The translations under genes were made by a program, and so were the position numbers. From an uncultured Methylomirabilota bacterium (GTDB lineage Bacteria > Methylomirabilota > Methylomirabilia > Methylomirabilales > 2-02-FULL-66-22): DNA of 64,000 nucleotides. The notes beneath the pieces were generated by a model. The model saw only the letters and a program-made list of their open reading frames with translations, was not told the DNA's origin and ran no database searches. The stretch is taken from NCBI GenBank assembly GCA_963705305.1, contig OY970067.1, positions 5,408,001 through 5,472,000 on the forward strand. Reading direction: 5' to 3'. Positions 41,116 to 49,299 of this stretch are shown here, one piece after another (position 1 is the stretch's first letter; each line of letters opens with the position of its first letter).

Positions 41116-42249
41116 ATGGATACCTTGTTTTCCGAACCGCAATCACCGGCCAAAGGCATCGAGCGTCTGGCGCGCGAGGCGGACCCGCTGCTCTCCAAGC
41201 GCGCCGCCACGTATCTCGGCCTGGAGGTCCGATCGGTCCTCAATCGCTGCTCCAGCGACCGCATGCCCTTCGCCTGGACCATCAATCCCTATCGGGGATG
41301 CGAGTACGGCTGCCGGTACTGCTATGCCCGCTACACCCACGAGTTCATGGGCCTCACGCAGTGGCAGGAGTTCGAGGAAAAGATTTACGTCAAGCGGGAT
41401 GCGGCCCGGATCCTGGCGCGCGAGCTGTCCCCCCGGCGCCTGGCCGGCCAGCGCATCGCCCTGGGGACCGCCACCGATCCCTACCAGCCGGCAGAGCGGC
41501 GCTACCGCGTGACGCGCAGCCTGCTGGAGGTCATGGCGCGGGCCCGCGACCTTCGCCTCTCCATCACCACCAAGAGCGATCTCGTCGTGCGCGACCTGGA
41601 CCTCCTCCGGCGGATCGCCGAACAGAGCAGCCTGCATGTCCACTTCACCGTCACCGCCCTCGACCGCCGCCTGGCGCGGATCCTGGAATTCCGCGCCCCC
41701 ACGCCGGACCTGCGCCTCAACGCCCTGCGGCGGCTGCGCGCGGCGGGAATCGCCGCCGGCGTCACCATCTCCCCGATCCTCCCGGACATCACCGACAGCC
41801 GGGCCAGCCTGGAGGCCGTCGTCGTCGTCGCCAAGGCGCACGACGCCAGCCACGTCTCCGCCAGCGTCCTGTTCCTCAAGCCGGCCGCCCAGCAGGCCTT
41901 CTTCCCGTTCCTGGCGCGTCACTTCCCCCATCTCGCCGCTCGGTACAGGGCCCGCTTCACCCGCTCGGCCTTCCTGGACCGGGGGTACAAGGACCGCATC
42001 TCACGGCTCGTGGCAGAGCTGAAGGCGAAGCACGGCTTCTCCGAGGCCAGCCACGACGAGCCCCCCACCGCCCTGCACGAGCCCGAGCCGGAACAGCTCT
42101 CCCTGCTCCAGACCGAATCCCCCGCAGGGAGAATCCTGCCCGTCGGCGCCCCTCCCGTGCGGCATCCACGGCCGGATGCCCAGACACGGCCGCAACTCTG
42201 TCCGCCCCCAATCAGAAGAGCCCGCCCCGGCAAAGAGGCCTGTCAATGA
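41116..42249 (+). CDS. Radical SAM protein, SplB/Rv2578c-like DNA-repair-associated family
   Basis: INPYRGCEYGCRYCYAR, GTATDPYQPAE, ITTKS. Confidence 0.9.
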   Translation: MDTLFSEPQSPAKGIERLAREADPLLSKRAATYLGLEVRSVLNRCSSDRMPFAWTINPYRGCEYGCRYCYARYTHEFMGLTQWQEFEEKIYVKRDAARILARELSPRRLAGQRIALGTATDPYQPAERRYRVTRSLLEVMARARDLRLSITTKSDLVVRDLDLLRRIAEQSSLHVHFTVTALDRRLARILEFRAPTPDLRLNALRRLRAAGIAAGVTISPILPDITDSRASLEAVVVVAKAHDASHVSASVLFLKPAAQQAFFPFLARHFPHLAARYRARFTRSAFLDRGYKDRISRLVAELKAKHGFSEASHDEPPTALHEPEPEQLSLLQTESPAGRILPVGAPPVRHPRPDAQTRPQLCPPPIRRARPGKEACQ

Positions 42250-42270
42250 CCACTGTATCGATCGGAACGC

Positions 42271-42325
42271 TTGACAGGGAACCTCCAAGAGCGTAGCCTA
42301 GAAACCATAATGGTTCCATAATGAT
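42271..42325 (+). promoter_or_regulatory. TA operon promoter and probable operator
   Basis: TTGACA(42271)-17 bp-TAGCCT(42294); AACCAT-A-ATGGTT palindrome 42303-42315; CCATAATG occurs twice. Confidence 0.65.
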
Positions 42326-42346
42326 ACCAGAGAGCGAGGTCCGGAT

Positions 42347-42589
42347 ATGCCGACGATCACACTCAAGAATATCCCCGACAAATTGTACGAACGGCTGAAA
42401 CAGAGCGCCGCCGAGCACCGACGCAGCCTCAACAGCGAGATGATCGTCCGGCTCGAGCAGGCGGTTCTGAGTGCGCGGATCGAGCCTGACGCGTATCTCG
42501 CCAGGGTTGATGCGCGACGCAGGCAGTTGGCCCTTCCCCCGCTGACCGAGCGACGTTTGAAGACGATCAAGACCGCGGGGCGGCCATGA
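42347..42589 (+). CDS. Arc/FitA-like ribbon-helix-helix antitoxin
   Basis: MPTITLKNIPDKLYERLK..A..HRRSLNSE; overlaps the toxin start. Confidence 0.88.
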   Translation: MPTITLKNIPDKLYERLKQSAAEHRRSLNSEMIVRLEQAVLSARIEPDAYLARVDARRRQLALPPLTERRLKTIKTAGRP

Positions 42590-42993
42590 TCGTCGCTGAC
42601 ACCAACATGGTGGCCTACCTTCTCTTGGGAGGGGAAAAGACCCAAGGCGCGCGTTTGGCCTTCCGCAAGGATCCGGCATGGGCTGCCCCCCTTCTCTGGC
42701 GGAGTGAATTCCGTAACGTCCTGGCGACGTACCTGCGTCGCGGGAGGCTAAGCCTTTCCGAGGCAATCGAGGTAATGGGGGATGCCGAGACACTCTTCCG
42801 TGGCGCCGAGTACAGCGTGGACTCCGACCAGGTGCTTAAGCTCGCCTCCGAATCGGGCTGCTCGGCCTACGACTGCGAATTCGTTGCCCTGGCCCAACAG
42901 CTCGACGTGCCCCTGCTCACCTCGGACGCAGAGATCTTGAAGGAGTTCCCGCAGACGGCAACCTCGCTAGAGGCCTTCAGTAAGACACGCTAG
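42586..42993 (+). CDS. vapC: VapC family PIN-domain toxin
   Basis: IVADTN, SEF.NV, SAYDCEFVALA, L.TSD. Confidence 0.9.
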   Translation: MIVADTNMVAYLLLGGEKTQGARLAFRKDPAWAAPLLWRSEFRNVLATYLRRGRLSLSEAIEVMGDAETLFRGAEYSVDSDQVLKLASESGCSAYDCEFVALAQQLDVPLLTSDAEILKEFPQTATSLEAFSKTR

Positions 42994-43275
42994 GAGGCTT
43001 TTCGTCGCACCCGCCCTGTCGCGCCCACCCCTGACACTGCCGCCGGGTTGAGAGTAGCGTTGGGCGACTTCGGCGCTCGTCCGGTCCGTCCAGGGGAAGG
43101 CAGTCGGATGAGAGTATTTGAAACGACGGCGCACGTCGCACAGTCCGCGGTCACCCTTGCGCGAGGGGATCCCCTCCACTCCGCGGTCCCGCACTCTTTC
43201 GCACGCCCTTCCCCATCGGGACTTCGAGCAACCCCTACGACTCCCGCCCCTCCCCCTGCGCCCTTCGCTGGCTCA

Positions 43276-43476
43276 TCACGAACCACCTATCATACGTTCC
43301 GGCATTCAGGAGTTTATCCCGCATTATGCGCGACCACTCATGTGCTGGAAGCCGGGTATGACATTCGCACCGTGCAGGAACTGCTCGGACATCAGGATGT
43401 GCGAACCACCATGATCTACACCCATGTCCTGAATCGCGGAGGCAGGGGCGTTCGCAGTCCGGCTGACACGCTGTGA
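43276..43476 (+). pseudogene. intI: Integron integrase C-terminal remnant
   Basis: HTFRHS-[insert][44 protein letters not shown]. The rest of the gene is absent. Confidence 0.88.
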
Positions 43477-43496
43477 TGACGCCGATTGGTGTATGT

Positions 43497-43664
43497 CTTA
43501 TGCCGATCCGTATAGAATGCCATGGTAAAACGGCCCCAACCGAGGGACAGGTTGAAGAATTCACACCTTGGGTGCGATCGCGTTCGCGTATGAACCCGCG
43601 TGTTATCCTGACAGGGATTCAGGGGTTTCGTCCTTACGCGGACCCATATACTCAATAGTTAGGC
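43497..43664 (+). other. Candidate attI region downstream of intI
   Basis: GTTAGGC core 43658-43664 precedes the first cassette; imperfect 18-bp direct repeats at 43497-43514 and 43633-43650 (14/18 identical). Confidence 0.55.
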
Positions 43665-43687
43665 CACAGCGAGTACTTTCCGATTTT

Positions 43688-43930
43688 ATGAAGCCTGGCA
43701 TTGTCGAAGATGGAGAGTCGAGATTACGGAGCAGCCCGGAGTTTCAGGCGCGCTTGCGTGAGTTGCGAGATTCCATTCGAGCGCGTCACGCGGCGGAGTT
43801 GGCAGCGGCAGGATTTTTTCAGCGTTTGGTTTTGCGCTGGCGGATTGCAGCCGAGTATCGGCGAGAACGCCGGAAGATTGTCCCGTCACCGCATTCACTT
43901 TACAACAGTCATATTTCGGAGCGAGTTTGA
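43688..43930 (+). CDS. Hypothetical protein, first gene cassette
   Basis: 80-aa ORF between the GTTAGGC core and attC1. Confidence 0.65.
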   Translation: MKPGIVEDGESRLRSSPEFQARLRELRDSIRARHAAELAAAGFFQRLVLRWRIAAEYRRERRKIVPSPHSLYNSHISERV

Positions 43931-43945
43931 GATATGACGCCCAAG

Positions 43946-44038
43946 GTCTAACTCGCGGCTGGAGCGGGCCGGCGGCGGAGTGGCTCTTCTTGGGCGGACA
44001 GGCTCCGCCGCCCGCCGCTCAGCCGCAGGACGTTCGCT
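43946..44038 (+). other. attC site 1
   Basis: GTCTAAC-5nt-GCTGGAGC...GCTCAGC...GTTCGCT with an internal stem GGCGGCGGAG/CTCCGCCGCC. Confidence 0.85.
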
Positions 44039-44108
44039 TAAAGTATGAACAGGGCGGTAACCGGAATCTCGCAGCCCGGCTCTGCCGGCGGCTGATTGCT
44101 GACGCTAG

Positions 44109-44521
44109 CCATCGCATGCGCAGCCCGTGGCTCGATATTCCGTTGGCCGAGTACGAAGGGCACATGTCTTTGCCCGCCGTCGGGCAGGCAGAGATGCTTG
44201 CGGCCCAATTCGCCGAGTTGCTCGTCGAGTACTCTCCGCCATCCGTCGCCGTGATCGGGTGCGCCGGCGGCAACGGCTTTGATCGTATCTCCCCGGGAAG
44301 AACACGCCGCGTTGTCGGAGTCGACATCAACCCAGGCTACATTGAGGAAGCGTCACGCCGGTACGCGAGGAGCCTTCCGGGCTTGGAGCTTTACGTCGGC
44401 GACATTCAACAATCCGGTCTGTCCTGTGAGCCGGTCGATCTCATCTACGCCGCCCTGGTGTTCGAATACATCGAGCCGGAGCCGAGCTTTCAGGCCCTCA
44501 AGTCCCTTTGCAAACCGAACG
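44109..44521 (+). repeat. 413-bp direct repeat, copy 1 (truncated methyltransferase, ATG 44116)
   Basis: Matches 47024-47436 by inspection; identity ends 7 bp before the transposase TIR. Confidence 0.9.
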
Positions 44522-44528
44522 TGGTTAA

Positions 44529-45620
44529 GGGACGCTGGTAAGAAAATAAATATACACTTGGTGTATGTTGTGGTATAGAGAGACGTATGCCTAGATTGGC
44601 TCGTCTTGACGCGCCCGGTGCTTTGCACCACATCATAATCCGGGGGATAGATCGTCGGAAGATATTCCTGAGCGGGAAGGATTACGAAGACTTTCTGGAG
44701 CGTCTCGCAAGTCTTCTTCCGGAGACGAAAACTGCGTGCTATGCGTGGGCCTTATTACCGAACCACGCCCACCTTCTCCTTTGCTCGGGGGCGGTCCCAC
44801 TTGCCCGCCTGATGAGCAGGCTGCTTACCGGCTATGCGGTCGGTTTCAACCGCCGGTACAAGCGCCATGGGCATCTCTTCCAGAATCGGTACAAGTCGAT
44901 CATCTGTCAGGAAGATGTCTATCTGAGAGAATTGGTTCGCTATATTCACTTGAACCACCTCAGGGCCCGCATAGTCGCTGACGTTGCTGAACTGAATGGC
45001 TATTCCTATACCGGCCACAGCGCATTGATGGGGAGGGCGGACAGGCCGTGGCAGGACGCGGGGTACGTGCTTAAGTATTTTGGGGAAACGGTTCGAAGGG
45101 CGAGAAAGGCCTACCTTGCGCATCTCGAGGAAGGAATTGAGCAAGGGCGGCGAGAGGACTTGACGGGCGGTGGATTGATACGGAGTCTTGGGGGGTGGTC
45201 GGAGGCAAAGAAACTCGGAGGCAAGGGAAGAGATCACGTCATGAGCGACGAACGTATTCTGGGGGATACGGACTTTGTGGATTCAGTGCTTTCCCGGGCA
45301 GGAGAAGCATGTGAGCGGCGATATGAGCTGAAGCGACGTGGGTATGATTTGGAACGGATTGCCGGGAGGGTGGCGGAAATCTGTGGTATGGAAGAGAATG
45401 AGGTGTTTTCAAAGGGACGTCAGAAGGAAAAAGTGAGGGCCAGGAGCCTTCTCTGTTATTGGGCGGCCGGCGAGGCGGGGATATCGCTCAGGGCCTTGGC
45501 GAAACGATTGGGGATCAGCGCTCCAGGGGTTGGGTACGCGGTTGCAAGAGGAGAGGCCATGGTCCGGGAGAATCGCTTTGAGTTGATCCAGTGATTTAAT
45601 TACTTTCTTACGAGCGTCCC
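44529..45620 (+). mobile_element. RAYT-like HUH transposase element 2 with 21-bp imperfect TIRs
   Basis: GGGACGCTGGTAAGAAAATAA (44529-44549) versus the reverse complement of 45600-45620, 2 mismatches; lower GC than the host. Confidence 0.75.
44587..45594 (+). CDS. REP-associated tyrosine transposase-like protein with C-terminal HTH
   Basis: NHAH, GHLFQNRYKS, RYIHLN. Confidence 0.9.
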   Translation: MPRLARLDAPGALHHIIIRGIDRRKIFLSGKDYEDFLERLASLLPETKTACYAWALLPNHAHLLLCSGAVPLARLMSRLLTGYAVGFNRRYKRHGHLFQNRYKSIICQEDVYLRELVRYIHLNHLRARIVADVAELNGYSYTGHSALMGRADRPWQDAGYVLKYFGETVRRARKAYLAHLEEGIEQGRREDLTGGGLIRSLGGWSEAKKLGGKGRDHVMSDERILGDTDFVDSVLSRAGEACERRYELKRRGYDLERIAGRVAEICGMEENEVFSKGRQKEKVRARSLLCYWAAGEAGISLRALAKRLGISAPGVGYAVARGEAMVRENRFELIQ

Positions 45621-45657
45621 CTTTTTTCTACATCGAAAGGGAAAGCGAGGGAGAGTC

Positions 45658-45738
45658 ATGGCAAAAGGTAAGGGCGTCCAGAAGAGAGAGACCAGGAAGC
45701 CGAAGAAGGGCACGGCCAAGGGCAGCAAGAAGAAGTAG
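45658..45738 (+). CDS. 26-aa Lys-rich peptide MAKGKGVQKRETRKPKKGTAKGSKKK
   Basis: GAGGGAG RBS, ATG to TAG, followed by attC2. Confidence 0.55.
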   Translation: MAKGKGVQKRETRKPKKGTAKGSKKK

Positions 45739-45769
45739 GCCCAACTTGCTCCGATGGGCGGACGCCGTC

Positions 45770-45862
45770 GCCGAACTAGCGGTTGCACCGGAGTCGGCGC
45801 ACACAGATGCTCATTCCCCGTCCGGTGCCGTCGCGCCGGCCCGGTGAACCTTCTCGTTGGGC
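45770..45862 (+). other. attC site 2
   Basis: GCCGAAC-5nt-GTTGCACC...GGTGAAC-6nt-GTTGGGC. Confidence 0.82.
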
Positions 45863-45918
45863 CCCGTCGTTGAGCTCCATCACCTATTTTCAGTTGAATC
45901 AGTTGGAGGGATTTTCTC

Positions 45919-46125
45919 ATGACTGAAACCATGCCCGACAACACCTGCCCAAAATGTGGGGGCGAGCTACACCAAACAGACAAGAACACATTCACGGGGG
46001 AAGTGTGGCGGGAGTACACCTGCCGCTCCTGTGGGCATGTTTTGGATGTCAATGAGGGCATAGCACTCTGGCAGGTTCTCCACAATTATGCAGAGAACGC
46101 AAAGCAGGAAAAAGATAAGAAATGA
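45919..46125 (+). CDS. Small zinc-ribbon protein (cassette gene)
   Basis: CPKC...CRSC, GGAGG RBS. Confidence 0.75.
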   Translation: MTETMPDNTCPKCGGELHQTDKNTFTGEVWREYTCRSCGHVLDVNEGIALWQVLHNYAENAKQEKDKK

Positions 46126-46556
46126 GAACGTCTCCGCCTCACCCTTCGTTCAACTCGGACTCAACAGCCACGGACAGATCTCGCCTTCGCACATCCTACC
46201 CGAGCGAGCATGGACTCGTTTTGTTCCCGGATGCCTCAATCAAGACCAGGTCGATACCTTGGTGCTTTCCGGCAACCAACGGATTTGGGGTCATTGCCTA
46301 CAACGTAAACATACCCATCACCGATCCGGGCACCCTCTCACTGGCGCCGTCCGACATCAGGCCGGCCACACAGTTTGCCGCCGTGAGCATCGATGGGACG
46401 TGCGCGGGCAACAATACGGGCAAGACGTTTCTCCGCCTCGGATATGGCACACAGTGGTCAATGGCCGTCGAGCCCGGCAACTACTGTCTTACCCTGGGTA
46501 AGGCGGCGAATCATGCGGAGGGTGTGTGGTTTACCCTGACCGCGACCCGACCGTGA
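46122..46556 (+). CDS. Hypothetical ORF, possibly a fragment
   Basis: Open frame whose 5' end overlaps a degenerate attC half (GCCTCACCCTTCGTTCAACTCGG). Confidence 0.35.
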   Translation: MRTSPPHPSFNSDSTATDRSRLRTSYPSEHGLVLFPDASIKTRSIPWCFPATNGFGVIAYNVNIPITDPGTLSLAPSDIRPATQFAAVSIDGTCAGNNTGKTFLRLGYGTQWSMAVEPGNYCLTLGKAANHAEGVWFTLTATRP

Positions 46557-46578
46557 TCTGTGGATCTGGGACGCAGGC

Positions 46579-46662
46579 GCCCAACGAGGCGTTTCATCCG
46601 GCATCTCTGCCGACGCCGCTTTCCCCCTCCGGGGGAGCCACGGGTGAACTTGTGCATCATGG
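46579..46662 (+). other. Degenerate attC site 3
   Basis: GCCCAAC-5nt-GTTTCATCC...GGGTGAAC; R' GTT lost. GCCCAAC is the exact complement of the attC2 R' GTTGGGC. Confidence 0.6.
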
Positions 46663-46679
46663 CATCAAGGGGACATCCC

Positions 46680-47018
46680 GTGCAGTACCTGCTGATCATC
46701 TGCCACGATGACGCCTTCACTCCGACGGAGACTCTGGTGAAGGAGATCCGCGACTGGATCACGACCATGGGAGGGCGGGGAATCTGGGTGTACGGTAACC
46801 CGCTGCGACCGCCCGGCGATGCCACGACCGTGCGAGTGCGCGAAGGCAAGCTGGTGCTCACTCCTGGGCCATTCACCGAGTCCAGAGAACACATGTGCGC
46901 GTACGAGCTGATAGAATGCGCAAGCCCCGAAGAGGCCATTGAGGTGGCGTCCCGGCATCCTATGGCAAAGGCGGCCACGATCGAGGTGCGGCCGATTTGG
47001 CGAGAATTGGCCGGCTGA
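46680..47018 (+). CDS. YciI family protein
   Basis: L.P...ATTVRVR.G.....GPFTES.E, IEVRP. Confidence 0.88.
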   Translation: MQYLLIICHDDAFTPTETLVKEIRDWITTMGGRGIWVYGNPLRPPGDATTVRVREGKLVLTPGPFTESREHMCAYELIECASPEEAIEVASRHPMAKAATIEVRPIWRELAG

Positions 47019-47030
47019 GGGACCCATCGC

Positions 47031-47705
47031 ATGCGCAGCCCGTGGCTCGATATTCCGTTGGCCGAGTACGAAGGGCACATGTCTTTGCCCGCCGTCGGGC
47101 AGGCAGAGATGCTTGCGGCCCAATTCGCCGAGTTGCTCGTCGAGTACTCTCCGCCATCCGTCGCCGTGATCGGGTGCGCCGGCGGCAACGGCTTTGATCG
47201 TATCTCCCCGGGAAGAACACGCCGCGTTGTCGGAGTCGACATCAACCCAGGCTACATTGAGGAAGCGTCACGCCGGTACGCGAGGAGCCTTCCGGGCTTG
47301 GAGCTTTACGTCGGCGACATTCAACAATCCGGTCTGTCCTGTGAGCCGGTCGATCTCATCTACGCCGCCCTGGTGTTCGAATACATCGAGCCGGAGCCGA
47401 GCTTTCAGGCCCTCAAGTCCCTTTGCAAACCGAACGGAATTCTGGCCACCGTGCTTCAGTTGCCCTCCCAATCAGTCGCGGCGGTGTCGCCTTCACCTTT
47501 CACCAGCCTTCAGGCGCTCGGTCCGGTCATGCGCCTCATATCGCCAGGCACCCTAAACGCCCAGGCGGAGCAGGCTGGGTTTGTGCTATTGTCATCCCGC
47601 CAGGTTGCCTTGCCTTCGCACAAGGAGTTCGCGGTGCAGGTGTTCCAGCTACCAACGGCGAACCCTTCGCCCCACGGGACGTTCCGACAAGCGGCGCGTC
47701 CCTGA
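47031..47705 (+). CDS. Class I SAM-dependent methyltransferase (complete copy)
   Basis: VIGCAGGNG, GVDIN, DLIYAALVFEY; reads through attC4. Confidence 0.85.
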   Translation: MRSPWLDIPLAEYEGHMSLPAVGQAEMLAAQFAELLVEYSPPSVAVIGCAGGNGFDRISPGRTRRVVGVDINPGYIEEASRRYARSLPGLELYVGDIQQSGLSCEPVDLIYAALVFEYIEPEPSFQALKSLCKPNGILATVLQLPSQSVAAVSPSPFTSLQALGPVMRLISPGTLNAQAEQAGFVLLSSRQVALPSHKEFAVQVFQLPTANPSPHGTFRQAARP

Positions 47706-47720
47706 ACCTGGACGTTGGGC
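47657..47720 (+). other. attC site 4
   Basis: GGCGAAC-CCTTC...GGGACG/CGTCCC stem...TGAAC-6nt-GTTGGGC. Confidence 0.7.
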
Positions 47721-47810
47721 TCAGGGAGAAGGTCATATTTCGTGAGAGGCTTCGAAGCCTGAAGACCATTGCTCGCTCCACACCGCATGGGCGCTGACAA
47801 GGAGAAACAG

Positions 47811-49160
47811 ATGAGGCAAAAGAAGGGGAACGACGTCGCATCGCACTGCTTGACCCGACGGGAGGCCCTACGGCTCGGGGCCGCGGCGGGGGCGGCCATC
47901 GGACCGTTCGCCTCGACGCCGGCCCGCGCGCAAGCCTTCAACTGGCAGCGCTTCAAGGGCAAAGAGGTGTACCTGATCTTTCTCAAGCATCCGTGGGTGG
48001 ACGAGATCGTCCCGCATATCCCGGAATTCGAGTCGCTCACCGGCATCAAGGTGCAGTATGAGGTCCTGCCGGAAATCCAGGCCCGCCAGAAGCTCACGGT
48101 GGAGTTTCTCTCCGGCTCCGGGGGTATAGATGCATTCATCACCAGCCTGCATGTGGAGAAGCGCCGGTTCTGGAAGGTGGGTTGGTACGAGCCCCTGAAC
48201 AAGTACCTCGCGGACAAGACGCTCACTGCGCCCGATTATGACTGGGATGACTTCACGCCCACCGCCAAGGCGGCGGCCACGCAGCCCGACAAAACCGTGA
48301 GCGCGATTCCGACTTACGTGGACCCCGACATCCTGTTCTACCGGAAAGACATCTTCCAGCAGCAGGGTCTCAAGCCCCCCAAGACCCTGCAGGAGCTGGA
48401 GGCACTGGCGCAGAAGCTCCACAATCCGCCGACCATGTACGGTTTTGTCTCACGGGGGCTCAAGAATGCCAACGCCTCCCCGTGGGCGTACGTGGTGTTT
48501 GCCTTCGGCGGCGAGTACCTCACCCCCGACCGGAAGTCCGCCATCAACTCGCCGGCCTGGGTGAAGGGCCTCGAATGGTATTCGGGGATGCTCCGCCGCT
48601 TCGCCCCGCCCGGCGTCGTGAACTTCAACTGGTACGAATGCAGCTCCGCCTTCATGCAGGGCCAGGTCGCCCTATACTACGACGGGGTGAACTTCGCGAC
48701 CCAGTTCGAGGACAAGGAGAAATCCAAGGTGGCGGGAAAGGTCGGCTACACCCTGCTGCCGGCGGGCCCGGGCGGTCTCCACACCTGCATGTTCACCACG
48801 GGCTTGTCCATCAGCGCCCAGAGCAGGAACAAGGAGGCGGCCTGGCTCTTCATCCAGTGGGCCACCACGAAGCAGAACTGTGTCCGCGAGCTGGTGGCAG
48901 GCGTCGGCGGCGGCCGCGGCTCCATCTGGAACAATCCCGAGGTCAAGGCCAGGCCGCGGATGCCGGCCGACTGGTACACGGCCTTCCAGGAAAGCCTGAA
49001 GATCGGGCGGAACGGCCTGCCCGAGATCGTGGACGTCACGCAGTACCGGGACATCATCGGGCTGGCCATCCAGAAGGCGATCGAGGGGACCAAACCGGCG
49101 GACGCCATCGCCCAGGCACACAAAGAGTTTCAGGAAATGCTGGACAAGACCGAGACGTAG
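47811..49160 (+). CDS. Carbohydrate ABC transporter substrate-binding protein with Tat signal
   Basis: TRREAL twin-Arg signal, FYRKD.F, AF.QG.VA, AWLFIQW. Confidence 0.9.
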   Translation: MRQKKGNDVASHCLTRREALRLGAAAGAAIGPFASTPARAQAFNWQRFKGKEVYLIFLKHPWVDEIVPHIPEFESLTGIKVQYEVLPEIQARQKLTVEFLSGSGGIDAFITSLHVEKRRFWKVGWYEPLNKYLADKTLTAPDYDWDDFTPTAKAAATQPDKTVSAIPTYVDPDILFYRKDIFQQQGLKPPKTLQELEALAQKLHNPPTMYGFVSRGLKNANASPWAYVVFAFGGEYLTPDRKSAINSPAWVKGLEWYSGMLRRFAPPGVVNFNWYECSSAFMQGQVALYYDGVNFATQFEDKEKSKVAGKVGYTLLPAGPGGLHTCMFTTGLSISAQSRNKEAAWLFIQWATTKQNCVRELVAGVGGGRGSIWNNPEVKARPRMPADWYTAFQESLKIGRNGLPEIVDVTQYRDIIGLAIQKAIEGTKPADAIAQAHKEFQEMLDKTET

Positions 49161-49299
49161 ATGCGTACCGCTCGGAACGCTGTGTAGTGGGCGACGAAGT
49201 CGTTGAACAGTGTAGTAATTGTGCCGGATCACTCAGCCGTGGGCATCCGGGCTATCGCGTGAACACCATCTACATCCGCCTGCGTTGGCGAAGGGTGTC

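Noticed and set aside
43048..43275. 5' part of the 142-aa ORF as integrase sequence
   Set aside because: Low-complexity Pro/Ala/Ser translation with no IntI motifs; similarity begins only near HTFRHS.
47676..47702. GGGACG...CGTCCC pair as a fourth transposase-type end
   Set aside because: It forms the stem of attC4 and lacks the TA-N prefix and tandem 9-mers; a 6-bp match is expected by chance.
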